Source: the human T2T-CHM13v2.0 reference genome, Homo sapiens. From it: 64,000 nucleotides of DNA. The notes beneath the pieces are model-generated. The model had not been told where the DNA came from. It saw only the letters and a list, made by a program, of their open reading frames with translations, and ran no database searches. Positions 12,985 through 29,000 of this stretch are shown here, piece after piece. The stretch lies in assembly GCF_009914755.1 (NCBI RefSeq), contig NC_060925.1; one strand, given 5' to 3'. The first letter of the stretch is position 1, and every line of letters starts with the position of its first letter. A program made the translations under genes and the position numbers.

Positions 12985-15463
12985 TTAGGGGTTGGGTGGA
13001 GGAGGCAAAAGGAAGGCAAGGGACATCCTAGTAATCGTACTAAGGGGATGGCTGCAGTTTGAGCTGCTTTCCCCTAGGCCTTTCTGGTTCAGTCACCCTT
13101 TCTCTGGCAGCACCAGCCCGAGCCCCGAGACCTCTCCTGAAGGTGGGCTTCACAGATTCCTCCACCCCATCAGGAGGGAATGGATTTTAGGAGGACAGCC
13201 ACAGCACCTTTAGGCCATTAGTTTCCAGGGTGGCCGGAGGGCAGGAGGAAGGGAGCGATGTGGGGGCTATAGGGGACTCTGGCAACTAAGACTTTACAGA
13301 GCAGAAAGAGCAGACCAGAGGCTTCTCAAAACCACTAGGACTTGGCACTTTCAACTCTTTACCCCTTGCCAAGAATTTGAGGTCCTTAAGGGTTGACTGT
13401 GAGGGGCAGCTAGGGTGTAGGGAGTGGGAATGTTTCCTAGAGCAGGTCCTTAGGCAGTGGGGTCCTCAAGCACCTTTTCTCCAAGCTCAGCCTTTCTCCA
13501 CCTCCACACCCCCCGCCTCCCCAGTGCATGTCATCCTTTGGGGAACAGTGTAAATTTGCCATTTAGCAAATAACAGCCCATCTGGGTGGCTAGTATACAG
13601 TGTACAAAAACATGTCACCTATTGTCTTCTCTGACCCTTGCTACAATCCTGTGAGATATTAAATCAATATAAATGTTTCGACAGAAGAAGAGACCAACGC
13701 TCAGAGAAAGCACTTTTTCTTAAGCACTTTTGCCTTGGGTCACATGGTTAGTGCCTCTACTAAGGGGATGGGTTGTCCAGTATCTGCTGAGCTTCTGCTG
13801 TATTCCAGGCAGTGCTTGGACCGTAGGTGCATTATGTCCTTTAAATCTCACAGCAGCCCCACATTATCACCTTTCACAGATGAGAAACACAAGGTTCAGA
13901 GAGATCAAGCAACATGCTCAAGCTTCCACAGTGACAGAGGGGGCTCTCAAATCTTAACTCCAAGTCTAGTGCTCATACCATGGTGCTGGCAGAAGTGCCT
14001 TAACTGCACCGGATGGGGAAGGCACCTGAGGTGGGTTCTGGCTGCTCTGGAGAAGGTGGGGACAAGGTGTGCTCTTGCTCTTGTCCAGACCACGTAGGAA
14101 ACGATGGTGTGACTTGGGAAAGATGGAGGAGCCTCTCCCCAACAAGGCCCTAGGGAGGAGATGGGGATGTGGAGAGGACAGAGCAACCTTCTTTGGGGCA
14201 AGTTTGGGTTCAGAGATCACCCTGAGGGGCGGGGCACAAGGGAAGTGTCTGAGGGAGAGGGAAAAGAGAGGTCCCAAGTCTGAAAGGTTGGGAAGAGAAA
14301 GGGAGGAGGGAGACCAGGCCGGCCCCACTAGCCATGCCCAGCAGGGACTCTTTTCTGTTCCCTGGGCCACAAAGAAGCAGGTGGAACCTTCCACAGATAC
14401 CTGGGCCAATCAGGTGGCCCTTGTACCTGCCAGGGAAGTGGGGCAGGGTGGGGTGGGGCTACATGTCAGGGAGGATATTAAATGAGCTTCTAGCTCATTT
14501 GCATGTCCTAATTAACCACAAAGTGCGCCCCAGAGGAAGAACTAAGCTCTCTGATTTCTCTCTGCTTACGTCTGCTGTCTCCTCCACATACACACTGCTT
14601 ACCTCTCCCTACACCTTCCTGTATACTTAGGCCCTAGGCATTCGCATTCACCTCTTCCCTCCACTTCAGTAAAATACAGCCTCTGTCATTGCCATGGCAG
14701 GTGTCCAGGGGGAAGGGAAAAGTAAGTCTCCATCAGACAGTCAGCATGCCATTTATGATCCACGCAGGACCATGAATAATATGAGAGGACAGATTTTGCT
14801 CTTGTTCCTCTTGATTTGGCTTTGGAACAGATATGGACAATTAGTGGGATCGTCTGAAAAGCACAAGATTGCAAGTCAGTTGGAACTGATTCAATCTCAA
14901 TTCCACTACTGTGTGACCTTGGACAAGTTGCTTAACTTCTCTGAGCCTGTCCATGTAAAACAAGAGCAACTGCTTTCAGTGTGTAGTGAGAAGGAAGTAA
15001 CAGAGGTGAAGGTGCTGGCACTTGTAAATCATGTTGGCAGCAAGTGTTGCTTCCTAATTTTTTGTTCTGGCCCAAGTTGAAACAAGTTTTCAGTCTCCCA
15101 AGTCTCTTCTGACTAACCAATGGTTCAAAGTCTGCTTATTTTCCACTGCATCCATTTGAGAGCAGGAGTTGGGTCCTTCTCATTGCTCTGTTCTTAGTTT
15201 CTATAACAACACCTGGTGCTGGGAGGTGTTCATAAAGTTCTGTTCAATTTATCCGAACCACTGTGACCAGTCCACGAAACACGTGAGTTATAGGTGAATG
15301 TCCAAGAAGTACCTTGGTTTCCCACAGACTCATTCCAGACTTGGAGCTGGTGTCATCTTGAATAATATGCTAGATGGCTTCTCCACCAGCCAGTGTCCCA
15401 CGACTTCCTCCGCTCATGATTCAGTAGGTGGAATCTTAACATGCAGTTTCTTAGCACGCGCAG

Positions 15464-15464
<1 letters not shown>

Positions 15465-15500
<36 letters not shown>

Positions 15501-15545
15501 ACCACTACCACCACCACCACCACCACCTCCACCATCTCCACCTCC
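15465..15545. repeat. Compound (CA)n-(CCA)n simple repeat
   Basis: (CA)~17 running directly into an imperfect CCA/CCT repeat. Confidence 0.95.
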
Positions 15546-16554
15546 AAAGGCAGTCAGAGCCAACGTTCCCTCACTCAAAACTGAAATGTTGGTATTCTCT
15601 GGGAAGACACAAAGGATTTGCAGTGGCTGGTTCCACCAGAGTGGGCTTGCTCAGTTGGCAAACTCCAGGTAGAGAAATAGCAAGAAAAGGACAGGGGTTT
15701 TGGAGCCAGATAACCCAACCCTCTGTTCAAATCTCTGTCCTTTCCTTTGCTAGCAGCCTAATCGGGGCAGTTTACACGCCCCCTAATAACCTCCATAGAT
15801 GTGTCTGGAGAACAATGCCTTCTAGGGTCCTTCTAAGTTTGAGAGATGTGCACATTACCTGACAGACAGTGAGTGCTCAACAAAACCCAAAAAGCATGAG
15901 CGCCTTCCTCCCTCCTGCAGCTCCCCCACCAAAAATGAAACATCTTACCATTTGACTGGGTAGGATTTGAGAGTGACCCTAACCACCGCGGCTGCGCCCC
16001 CATAATCCCATCTTGAGCTCTGCCCCTCTCTCCACTCTCCCCAGGGATCCAGGAAGCAAGCAGAAGAGCCTTTTCTTACTATTTTGCCTCTCCAACTGGC
16101 TATTAATGCTTTGAGGGTGGGAAGGAATCCTGCCTCTAATTGCAGCTGTCACACCCCATCAGGCTGAGGGACAATCAGTGGGAGGCAGAGAGGGGCAGTG
16201 GGAGGGTGTGCCCTCCTGGCTTGGTCAGCCCAAAAGAAGATCCACATTGTCTTTTCCCAGCCAGTGAGTGTTCCCTACTGGAGTGGGAGGGACAGTGGCT
16301 TCCCAGGGCAGTCCTGGGGGGGGGCCCTGGATCACTAGGTGGCCCTCCTGGGCCACGTGCCCAGAGTGGCTTTAGAGAAGCCGGAGCTGAGCTGCTGCCT
16401 GGCCCTTCCCCCTCCGTCCCGGCTGCCTCTAGGTGAGGAGGGAACAGGAGGCCTGGGACTGCTGTGTCTAGTGGGGAGAAGGCCACGGAATGGAGCTGGG
16501 AATTTTAAAATCAAGTGGCTATTTCTTCTGGGTTCACTTCTACCTCACTGGTGA

Positions 16555-16936
<382 letters not shown>

Positions 16937-17600
16937 TGCGGGGCGCTAAGAACTGTTGGGGAGGAGTGTTGGTAACTCCAGGGTCCAGCTTCTACTCTGC
17001 AGTTAGACCTAGGCTGTTCTGCCTCCTGGCTGCAGTTGTTCCTGGACATGTAGCATATCTAGGCTTGTTTCCTTATCTGGAAAATGGGATCATGCCTGCC
17101 TGCCTCGCTCACTTTCAAATGAGACCATGGAGATGAAAAGGCATTCAAACAGCCCAGTGCTATGTCAACATCCTTCCCCTGTGCATGGGGGAGACGCGGG
17201 GAGTGTCTAGGGCTTCCCTGGCTGCTCCTTACACACTGTACTCCTTATTCAGCTCATTTTCTCAGAGTCCAGGTATGGACTGAAACCTCCAAGGCAGAAA
17301 GGGCTAGCAGGTCGGGTTTTGCCTCACTGCTGCTCCAGTCCCAGGAGGCCTGGGGTTCAGTCCCTGTGCCTGGAGCAATGTCTTGCCAAAGAAGCTGACA
17401 GAAGGTTGGGAGAGCCATAGACAGGTCTTTATTTGGGGGCCTATCTGGGGAACCTGATGCTCCAGGGCTCTTTTCCATACAGAATGTTCAACGGAGGTCT
17501 TTGGGGGCAGTGGAGATGTCAGAGGGATTTTCTGATCTCCTCCTCTGCCCTCACCTACTGTCACCTCCAGCCCCAAAGTGAGTGCATGCATGCCAGACAG

Positions 17601-17630
17601 ACACACACATGCACACACACACACACACAC
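17601..17630. repeat. Interrupted (CA)n microsatellite
   Basis: acacacacatgcacacacacacacacacac. Confidence 0.9.
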
Positions 17631-17867
17631 GCACAGCTCACTCTCCAGCTACTCTTACCTCCTCCACCAGCTAGCCCCCAAGACAGCCTCTCCCAACCAC
17701 CTTCCCTTCAGTCCTGAGCCAAGAACTCTGGCTTCTCCCCGCTTTCTGGGGGAAAGGAACTTGGAGTTGGGCTTTCGAGAGCCATACCGCCCACCCTCCC
17801 TCCTCCCCAGGGGCCCAGCACTGGGACCTGGCCCTTTCAGGCTCAGTCAACTTTCTGTCTCTAGGAT

Positions 17868-18731
<864 letters not shown>

Positions 18732-18935
18732 CTATGAGCCACAGTGGGCAGCAGTGCCTCTCCCAGCCCTGAACTTAGGTCCCCCACCCAAACATACACT
18801 TCCAGGGTCATCCAGCCTGCCACCAGCCCCATCTCTCTATAGCCTAGTGCAGTGCAGATCAGTGCTGGGTAAAGGAAATAATAATGGTAGCTAACTAGCT
18901 AAGGCAGGCACTGTCCTGAGAAGGCTCCCCCACCC

Positions 18936-18938
<3 letters not shown>

Positions 18939-18972
<34 letters not shown>
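18939..18972. repeat. (CA)~17 microsatellite
   Basis: Pure CA run in the INKA2 intron. Confidence 0.97.
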
Positions 18973-18977
<5 letters not shown>

Positions 18978-19408
18978 TTTCATCTCCCCAACTACCCTAT
19001 GAGGTAGTGACTATTACTGTTCCCATTTCACAGGTAATTTGCCCAAGATAAGATAGTAAGAGGTGGGGCTGAGATCAGCTTGAAGTGCACAAAGCTGTAG
19101 TGCCCATCCTCATCCTTTTTTGAGTCTGAGCGCTCTTCCTCCCTGGGCCTCCCTGAAATGATGACAGTGATGATGGCGGAAAAAACAATATGAGAATCTG
19201 CTTTGTAACAGGAATTGTGCTAAGGACTCTATGTGCTTCATCTCATTTCATCTTTATATAGACCGTATGAGGTTGCTATTTTCTCATTTTAACAAACGAG
19301 TAAGCTGGAAGGGGTGAAGTAACTTACGTAACGTCACACAGGTCATAGAGCTGGGACTCAAACACGGTACTGTCCCACTCCAGATGCCATAGTCCTAACT
19401 ACCAAATA

Positions 19409-19754
19409 CAGGTTGAGCATCCCTACTCCAAAAATCTGAAAGCCAAAATGCTCCAAAATCCAAAGCTTTTTGAGCCACAACGTGACCAAAAGTGGAAAAT
19501 TCTACCCTGACCTCATGTGACAAGCGGAAGCCAAAACACAGTCAAAACTCTTTTATGCACAAAATTATTTAAAATATTGTATAAAATTATCTTTGGGTTG
19601 TATGTATAAGATGTATATGAAACATAAATTTCATGTTTAGACTTGGGTCCCATCCCTAAGATATCTTATTGTATATATACAAATATTCGAAAATCCAAAA
19701 TCCAAAACACTTCTGGCCCTAAGCATTTCAGATAAGGAATGCCCAAACCTCCTG
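19409..19754 (+). mobile_element. Tigger4/MER46-family (TcMar-Tigger) DNA transposon relic
   Basis: TA|CAGGTTGAGCATCCCT...AAAATGCTCCAAAATCC start, a degenerate inverted end ...cctg|TA, and TA target sites. Confidence 0.8.
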
Positions 19755-19803
19755 TACTACCTCGAGACTCGAGATGGCTGGGCAGTGGGCAGTGGAGCTA
19801 GGC

Positions 19804-19975
19804 TTTTTTTTTTTTTTTTCAAACAGGGTCTTGCTGTTTGCTGGGCTGGAGCACAGTGGTGACTATTCTCAGACACAATCATAGTGGACGGCAGCCTCTA
19901 ACTCCTGGCCTCAAGTAGTCCTCTGGCCTTAGCCTCCTGAGTAGCTGGGACCACAGGTGTGTGCTGCCTGCACCC
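19804..19975 (-). mobile_element. Alu monomer (FAM/FLAM/FRAM-like)
   Basis: Poly-T followed by a single diverged Alu arm. Confidence 0.8.
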
Positions 19976-22255
19976 AGAGCTGGACTTTAAGGCTACTCTG
20001 TCCTCTACAGGACAGTGAAGAAGGGCTGAAAAGGGCATTAGTGGAAAAGGAAGAGCTCAGATTCCCCAAGAGAAAGGGTAGGCCTGGGGTTTCCTGCAAT
20101 TGCTGTTCATATCTGACTGGTCAGAAGGGAGACAAGGAGGCCAGGAAACTCCTGTTTGCTGAAAACCCAGCGCTTCTCAGCCTGCCTCTCCCTCCCAAAC
20201 ACCTGTCCTCTCTCAGCTGTTCTCAGACTTGGCTTCAACACTCTTCCTGCCTTCTTAGCCCAGTTGGCTCTGCCGCCCCGGCCAAGCCATAGTGAGATGC
20301 TGGGGGCCAATTCTCCCAGCCCCTTTGTGGGTGTCTAAGGCCTGAGTCCCGGCTGCCAGCTGGAAGGTGCTGAGAGATTGACTTGGGTGAGGGCCTAATT
20401 TGGAGGCTGCAGCGGGGCGGGGTGGGGGCTGTGTCTGATAACATTCACAAGGTTCCCAGTTCCTGGGCCCAAGCTGCCTTGGTCCTGCCAGCTCCCTCCC
20501 CAGCTCCTGATCAAGTTACCAACAGCAAACCTCATATGCAGGGACCATGTGTTTCTTAAGCCCCCCAGAGACCCGTGGGATCATCTTACCTCCCAGGCTT
20601 GTCTTAATGCACAGGGCTAAACCCAGAAGGTGGAGGGATCCGAAGGGCAGGCACAGAGGCTCTGCAGGGCTGGGCTGCAGCTGACCCTCTCAGGCTTCTG
20701 GGTCAAATCCTCCCCCTGCCAACCCTGGCCCTGGGGGGGATGGGAGATTCCAGCCAGGCTCTCAATGAGCCAGCAGAAGCAGCACTAAAGGACAGTGGAG
20801 GACTGACTGCCCTTGAGGGCAAGGAGGCCTTTGCTGGGGCGTGGAGATTGCCCACGCTCTGTGCACTTTCCCCAAGACAGGCAAGAAGAAATGGTGGTTC
20901 CAGGCCCTGACAGCCCTGGGATTTGCCAGAGTTTTCACCAGTTGAATGGGGGGCAGTGGCAGGAGCAACAAGGGACAAGGAGCCTGTGGGACAGATGCAC
21001 ATGTTGTTGACAGCCCCTCTCTCTGGCCTCTTTGCTTCTACTCTACTGACCCCTTCCTTTTGGAAGCACTCAGCTACAGCTGCTAAGACCTGGAGCAGAG
21101 TCAGAGGAGACTCTAAGCCCCAGACCAAACTCAGTGCCTCCCTTGCAAACTGCTTCTCCCTCTGTCTTCCCTATTCTCCCACTTCCTCCAGTGCCACTTT
21201 CCTTGTCTTCCCAACTAGAGCCTCAGTCATTTTTGGCTTCTCCATTCAACTACCCCTGCTCCTGCCCAACTTACTCATGTTGGATTTTTCCTCCCACAAA
21301 TGTCGCATATCTTTCCTTCCACCCTCAGGAATGCTGCAGAAGCCTCCTAGACAGCTTCCGAACCGCCAGACACGTGAGCACCTGATCAGTCTTCCCAGCA
21401 CACACCTCCTGTCATCTCCGTGGCTCTCCAATGCCCAGACTCAAATCCAAACTATTTGGTCATGCAGTCAAGATCCTCCAGGACAGAATTCCAACTTTCA
21501 GTTCCAGGAATATCCCTACTCCCTGAGACGTACCCCCCATGCTCCTGTTAGAAATCTTCTGTGATATTTAATATACTCTTCCCTGTAGTCCTGCCACTTA
21601 TGCACTCACCTCATGTCCTCTATGCATTTAAATGCTCAGTCCCTTGTGAAATATGTATTGAGTATCTACTCCTTGAGGACAGGGGCTGAGATCTATACAT
21701 CAGTATGTCACCCCAGAACCTCGCTAGCACCTGGCACTTGCTACATACCCATAAAACACATATTGAATATCACTGACCACCCCAGATCACCCTCCAGGCT
21801 GCTTGCTACCCTCAGACGGTAACTCACTACACAGGGAGAAAGAAGCAGGGCTGCTTCCCAAGGTTTCGTTTCACCCAGAGGCAAGGAGTCCAAACTGGCA
21901 GGCTTCCTTCCAGAAGGCTAAACCCAGCCCAGGTCGGAGGTAGAGGGAGGAATGAAATGACTCCATTCAATCTCTTCCAGTGTGGAAAAATCCAGAAGAA
22001 ATAATGCTGACATTTTGCACAGTTTTCCAGTGAGAATGAATGTGTGGGTATGCATGAATTCAAGCTGCCCATAAAACAGAGGCCCTATGTAAGTAAGCAA
22101 GTGCTGAAACTGCACCCATCTGCAAAATAATATTCTGCATTGGTTAATAATTTGGTTTCTGGAGACAATGGAACAAAGTTCAAATCTCAGTTCTGCCATT
22201 AGTAGCTGTGTGACCTGGGCAAGTTATTTACATTCTGTTTTTCAATTTCTCCATG

Positions 22256-22551
<296 letters not shown>

Positions 22552-23466
22552 AAATTTCTCCACTCTTTAAAATGGGAATAACAGTTCCTGCCTCATACAG
22601 CTATTGTGCAGATTAGGTGAGGTAATGTGTATCTCTGCATGAAACCAAGAAAGCATTAGGTGAATTCTGGCTGTTAGTTTAAGACTTCCCATGTACTTTC
22701 ACAACATTTCTTCCTTGGTGAAACTTAGCACATAGTAATGACAGGGTTCCATTCCTTATATCTGGTCTAATCAAGGAGAAGCACAAGGAGAAGGTCCTGT
22801 TTTTTCCCTCCCCACTCCTGCCCCATGCAGGGGCTGGGGAGGGAAGGAAGGGAAGTCTTGGCACCCTCCTGCCCACTCCCAGCCACGTTCAGTCAGCCCA
22901 GCCACATCCAGGGTGCCGACACTGAAGGGCAAGAAGGCAGCTGGGAGAGGGATGAGAAGCGAAGGAGGAGTTGTGGGAACCTGGGAGGGCCAGGACAGTG
23001 GTGGGGCAGGAGCGTTAGCTGGTTCTTGACTAAGAGAGGAGCCAGCAAAACAGCCTTTCCAGACTGACCCCAGGGGATGCCATCACCCAAGGAAGAAGAG
23101 TCAGAGGCCGAGCTTGGGATATGCCTTCTTCTTCCAGAGCTTGGGATCCTCTCAGGTCCCCGGGCTTCCCTTGCCTCAGGACCAAAAGGGGAAGAAAAGG
23201 GGGCAGTAAGGGAGGTAGAGGAAAGGAGAGGGGCCAGCTCAGATAGACAAAATCCCGAGCAGACATGAGTAGCTCTAAACCCATCTCCAGGCTGCAGGGT
23301 GCGGAGTTCCTCCGGAGCCTCTTACTGTCTTGGAGCCTCAGGTTCTTCCTCAGAACAAGCTTGCTCTCAGGGGTCAGCTGAGAGAATTCACAAGAAGGTC
23401 GACCTGGTCCTGATTAGTTTGAGCAAGAGCCACCTCTTTCTAACCCACTCCTAGTCTCTCTCTCTG

Positions 23467-23468
<2 letters not shown>

Positions 23469-23500
<32 letters not shown>
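23469..23500. repeat. (AC)16 microsatellite
   Basis: Pure AC run. Confidence 0.97.
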
Positions 23501-23504
<4 letters not shown>

Positions 23505-25824
23505 CTAACCTGCTCCACCATCAAAGGTAAAACCCTTAATAACCATATTCCAATGAAGATTGTGGGAATCCCTCCTGTGAAAAGCCAGGAAAGGTCTTCT
23601 CACCTGCTTGTTGCCTCCATACCACCCCACAGTCCCTCTCCCACCCTCAGCGTCTCTGGAAGTCTGCATGTCAAACTTCAGTCTCCATGGCTGCAGTTTA
23701 AACCATCCCCTGGGTTCCTCACTGTATTAGAGCTGTAGTGCCACAGGTGCCCTCCTGGTGTTTGTGAAGGGCCCCACACTCATCTGGAGACCTGACTTAC
23801 TCGGCCACATGACACTGGGCAAAATCGCCCACTTTTTGTGCCCGGGGTTCTGAATCTCAGACGACAACTCCTGGTGTCAGCACTAGCCCTTTCCTCTGCA
23901 CGGCCTGATCCCCACGGCTAAACTCTGAGGGGCTGGCCAGGTAGGTGGAGATATCCCCAAGTAATGGATTAGGTAACCAGGGGCTGGGAGGTCCATCTTC
24001 TCCCTCAGTGTTTCCCAGCATTCCTCCCCAGACCTCCTTCATGATTTTCACCATATCTACATAGGACCTCGTCTCCATGAACACATCTCCTATCTGTTTA
24101 TGTAAATAGTGTACTTATGAGGGAACTTGTGTGAAGTGTTTACACTTGCCATAGACAGATGGCACCTATCAACACACATCTTAAACTGAAAGCTTTCCTG
24201 GAGTATCGCCTCCATCATCCTGAGCACCACCAGTGGTCCCTGGGGTCCTGAGGCTTATTAGTGAGAGGCCTGGGACCCCAAGGCTGGCTTTCATACTCCA
24301 GGCCAACGAGCTTTCCATGTCATCATAACCCCTGACCTCTTAGCCTCCTGGGATTGTTGTGAGAAGAAACCAGGGCAACCAGCAGGAAGTGCAAAGGGCA
24401 GTTACCACCAGATGGGGAGGAAGAACGTGAAGTCATCCTTTTGAGGGACTCCGAGGCCTCCCTTTCACTGAGTCATCTGAAGAGGGAAGAGGAACTGCCT
24501 GCCTGGGGCTGGAGGGGAAGATGCAGTTGGGAACCAGATCCCACCATCCTGGACTTCCAGCCCTGAGCCCCACAGAGGTTGTGTGGGGTCAGCTGGCCAT
24601 GGACAGCACCCTCCCCCTGGGCCCTCTTGGGGCTCTTTGTGGTGAGGGAGGAGCAGGGATGGGAAAATGTGACGCCAGCATCCTCGGCTCCCTTCCCAAA
24701 CCCTCCCCTGGGCCCCGACTGATCCCGCAGCTGTGCCCTCCTTCCATCCATCTCACGCCCTCTCCCAGCTCAGCCAGAATCCTTTGATACAGGCTCCAGC
24801 TTTGCCCATGAGCCTGGCTGTGTGCCCTGCCTCACTTCCCCCACCCCATTACTCACAAGATCCCCACAAAGTTCCTTTCAGCCCCTGGGGAAGCTAGGAG
24901 GAGGCTGAGGGCCGGAAATGGGAAAAGCCCTGCTTTTGCCAAGTGGCCCATTCTCCAGCTCAGTGAATAGGGACCTTCACAGCCCCTCACACTTGGCTGG
25001 AACTCTCAACAGGAAGGTAAAGCGGAAACTGTGCCAAGAGCTGTAGGAGGGAGGAGGGTAAAGAAAGGAGGAAGTGAGGGCTGTGAAATGGATGGGCCCG
25101 CTTTCCCAACACAACCATCTATGGGGGTCTGCTTAGGCAAGGGGCAGACAGATGGAGAGGGGATTCCAATGCTGCCTCTTCCCGGAGATTGCCTCTTAGT
25201 CTCCGCAAGCCCTCTTCCCTCTGACCACCTTTAACTTCTCTCCGTTGCAGTCAATCAACTTCCTCGAACATCCAAGGGACCTCAAGAAGTTACCTTCTTT
25301 TTTTTTCCTTTCTGGTTCAGGCCTTCAGTGTCTCTTGCCTGACTCTTGTAATAACCTTCTAACTCATCCTCCTGCCTCAATTTCCTCCCTCCCTCCACCT
25401 CCACCTCTACCCCATATCACCTTCTGGATCCCAGGGCTGCTCTCCAATGCATACAGAACAGGCCAGACTCTTTAGCATGACATCCAGCGTGTGTCCACGA
25501 CAGCTCTTTCAGCACTGTTGCCCACTCTTTCTCTGCATTTTACCCTATGCTCTAGGCAAACTCCAGCTGGTCTTCAGACATCCCCACCACTTCAGCTTCT
25601 GTACATTTTGCTCATGTTGTTTCATTATCTGCCTGGATTGCTCTTCTTCTGCTGTGCGTGTCCCTATTTATCCCTCAAAGTCTAGTTCAAATGCTACCTC
25701 TTCCATGACATGAAGCTTTCTCCAATCTCCCAGCTGGAGTTTACTTCCCTCTCTCAGAGCACTGAACCCGTGCTTGTTATATAGCACAACTCCTCTATTT
25801 CTGCCCCAGAGGTCTGCATACAGG

Positions 25825-26020
25825 TACTGGTTGAGAACATAAGCTCTGCAATCAGACTGGCGGGGTTTGAATCCTGGCTCCTCCACTTACCAGCTCTATG
25901 ACTTTGGCCAAGTGACTTAGCCTTCCCATGTCTTTATTGACTCATTCATAAAATGAGAATAATGAAAGTAAAACTTCTTAGTGTTGTTTTGGCAATTAAA
26001 TGACATCATAAATTATATGT
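25825..26020 (+). mobile_element. MIR
   Basis: ggtttgaatcctggctcctccacttaccagct...ttggccaagtgacttagcc...aaaatgagaataatga matches the MIR core. Other MIR pieces at ~13.6-13.9, ~19.0-19.4, ~26.3-26.5 and ~54.0-54.1 kb. Confidence 0.75.
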
Positions 26021-29000
26021 CTGGCATATCAATGTTAACATCAATTAATATCATTATTATATCTTCTATTAAACCGTGTGTTCCCTGAAGACAGGATCTG
26101 TGTCTGTTGGTTTGTAACAATAGTGCCAGTGCCCAGTAAATGCCCTAAACACAGTATGAACTCAATAACATGTTCTATGTATGAATGACTCTTACGCAAA
26201 ACAGTCTGATCAAACCATCATCAACAGTTTACCAAGTGCCTACGATATGACACATCTGACACTGTGCTATGTGTGAAAGACAAATAGTTGGCGAGGCACT
26301 TAAATTGTCATTTAATCTTCACAGTAGCCGTATAGAGTAGGTATTTTAAAACCCCCATTTTAGAGATGAGAAAACCAAGGCACAATGAGGTTAAGTAATA
26401 TGTTAAGGTCATACAGAGCCAGGATTTGAACTGAAGTTGGCCTGACCCCAAATCTTATACTATGCATTCTTCCCATTGACCACATTGCTTAACTAGTCAC
26501 ATAGTCATCTTTCCCCAGCGTTAAACATCAAAGAAGAGGCATTATGAGATCCTTTGCAAAAGCTTTTTTCTGCCTCAGGAAATTTGCCTTTTTGCCCCAA
26601 GATCTGAAGGCTGTTCCTACTGTATCTTCTCCATCTCCTACTTTTCTTCTCCTTATTTTGCCTTCAGACCCTGGTCCTTACCCATTTGCCAGAACCCCCT
26701 GAACTTGTGGCCACTAAAAGCTAGAGAACTGCTTCCCCATGCCTCAGCTAGGACAGACATTCCCAGAGATGGCTTCCTGCAACCTCTCCCTCCTCCAGGA
26801 AGCCTTCCCAGCCTGGCTGTACTTCATGAGCTCTGATCACTCAGCCTTTACGCATTCTATTTGTTCTACACTGATCTGAACTCACGAGGGATGCCCTGTG
26901 AGCATCGTACATCTGCCTCCTCTGTGTGCCTGTGTCTACCCCCACTTATTGGCAGCCCACAAGGGAGCTGTGCGTACGGAACAGCTGGTCCCAAGGCCTG
27001 TGTTCAGGCAGGGCCCCTCTTTGGCGGCTGGAGGGAGAAAAGAGATGTGTTCCCTGCTGAGCTGTTGCAGCCCCAACCCCTCATTCTAATGAAGAAGTGT
27101 GTCAGCTGCTGCTACTTCTCCTGCCACATTTCATCCTTGAAACCCGATCCCCTTCCCTTTCCAGGCAGAAGGAAAGGGTCAGCTCTCTACTTATCAACTA
27201 ATTGAGTCAGGATCCCCAAACCCTCAGCCTTCTCCCAGCGCTCACCTGTTACAATGAAATTTTCTGCTTCAGGGAATTGGGAAGTTCCACTACTTTGGTT
27301 TTCAGAAACACACTCTTCTTGCCTAGATTTTCTGGGCCAAGGACAGGGGTAGGATGCAGGAGGGGAGCACAAAACACCCTTGACAAAGATAATTTCACAA
27401 CCTGTTAATGTTTTGTTTTCCAGCAGGTTTATCCCACAGTGTCTGCAGAATGTGTGATTCTTGAAAGAAATTTACTGAAATAAATGAATATAGAACTTGA
27501 CCAGTATTACAGGAGGCCATGCCTGTGTAAACACAAACTAAGGGCAGCGCCAGGCAACACAATGTCTTCCTGGGTGGCAAGGGAGATCCTGCCTGGGATG
27601 GGCCATCTGCAGTGCAAAAGCTCCCTAGCTCATGACAGAAACCAACTGTATTCCTTTCCCACCCCATTGCAGACCTAGGGTATTAAGTCAACACACTTCT
27701 ATCCCAGCCACAAGCAAGCTGCACTGAATTCAGTCCCTACTGTCCCTGGGCAAGGCAGCCAAAGGGCTAACCCTGGACTAACTCAGCTCTACTTTCCCCT
27801 TTGCTACTGTTGGGGATACTAAGGCACTGAGATTTGGCCCAGCTACCTAAGCACTGAACTGAGGTGTCAGGGAGTGAGTGACACTCTACTAGCTCTGTCT
27901 GTCCTTCTGCTCTGTCTCGTCTCTGAGCAGGCTGGCATTGGGGAGGGGGTGGAGCACCATGGGGGGTAGTGCAGAGCTCTCCCATCTGAGTGTCATTCTG
28001 GGATCCAGGCCAGGCATTCGGCTTCCTCTCCAAGAGAGTCAAAGGCTGAAGCTGCTCAGACAAAGGGCCAAATGAAAGCTAATGGGGCACTCCGTGACTT
28101 CAGCTTCTCCCTTTCCTCCTCTCAGGCATTGGGGGCTCAAGTCCTTGGCAGGAGAGGGTGCAAATCAAGATGTGAAGCTCAGCTCAGTGCAGATTCCTAT
28201 TTGCCTTTTTTATTCTCCTGGCACTCGTAGTCTCTGTCTTCCTCCCCTCACCACCTCCCACCTAGACTGCTATAAAAAATGCAAATCAGTAGGATTTAAA
28301 AATTCGAGCCCATGCCAGGAACACCCACAAACCCTCCATTAAGGCAGAACCTGAGGTGGGTGGTGTAGTCCCCAATTCGAAGCACAAAAAGGAGGATTCC
28401 ATTAGATTCTTTTCTCTGCATGGGTCTTGGACCTCAGACATTATCTGTGATGACCTTGAGCTTTCTTTCTGGTACTGCACACATAAATGGAAAAAAATGA
28501 GAATTGTGTACGTGTGGGCTGGGGCCAGCCATCCCAATCTGGCATGAGAAGCATGTGCAAACGACTATGGGAAGGGACATGGCGTAAGTTCAGAAGAAAA
28601 GCAATGAATACTCCTGTCTCTCAAGAAATTTATCTCTGAGTCAGTGACTTTTGCATCTGAGTGTCACCACAGAAAGGGCTCCAGGAGGGAGGACTAGAGA
28701 GAGAAATGATCGTTGATGTGAGCAGGCTGACCCTGGAGTAGGACTGACAGGAAGAGTGGCAGGGTTACTTGGTCAGGAAGCATCAGTGAGAACACCTGCA
28801 GTTTCAAACTCTGCCCCCTACCCCCAGAGCTGGCCCCTAACACACTGCCAAGTTCCTTCCCAAGCAGGAAGAGTGTAGCCTTTGCAGGCAGCAGTGGGAA
28901 ACGCTGTCACAGAATCTGGAGAGCCATAAGCTGGCCCTTTCTAGATCCAGGCCTGCTGTTGTGTGGCCTGAGTGCCCCTGGCTCTGTAAAGTAAGAAGAA

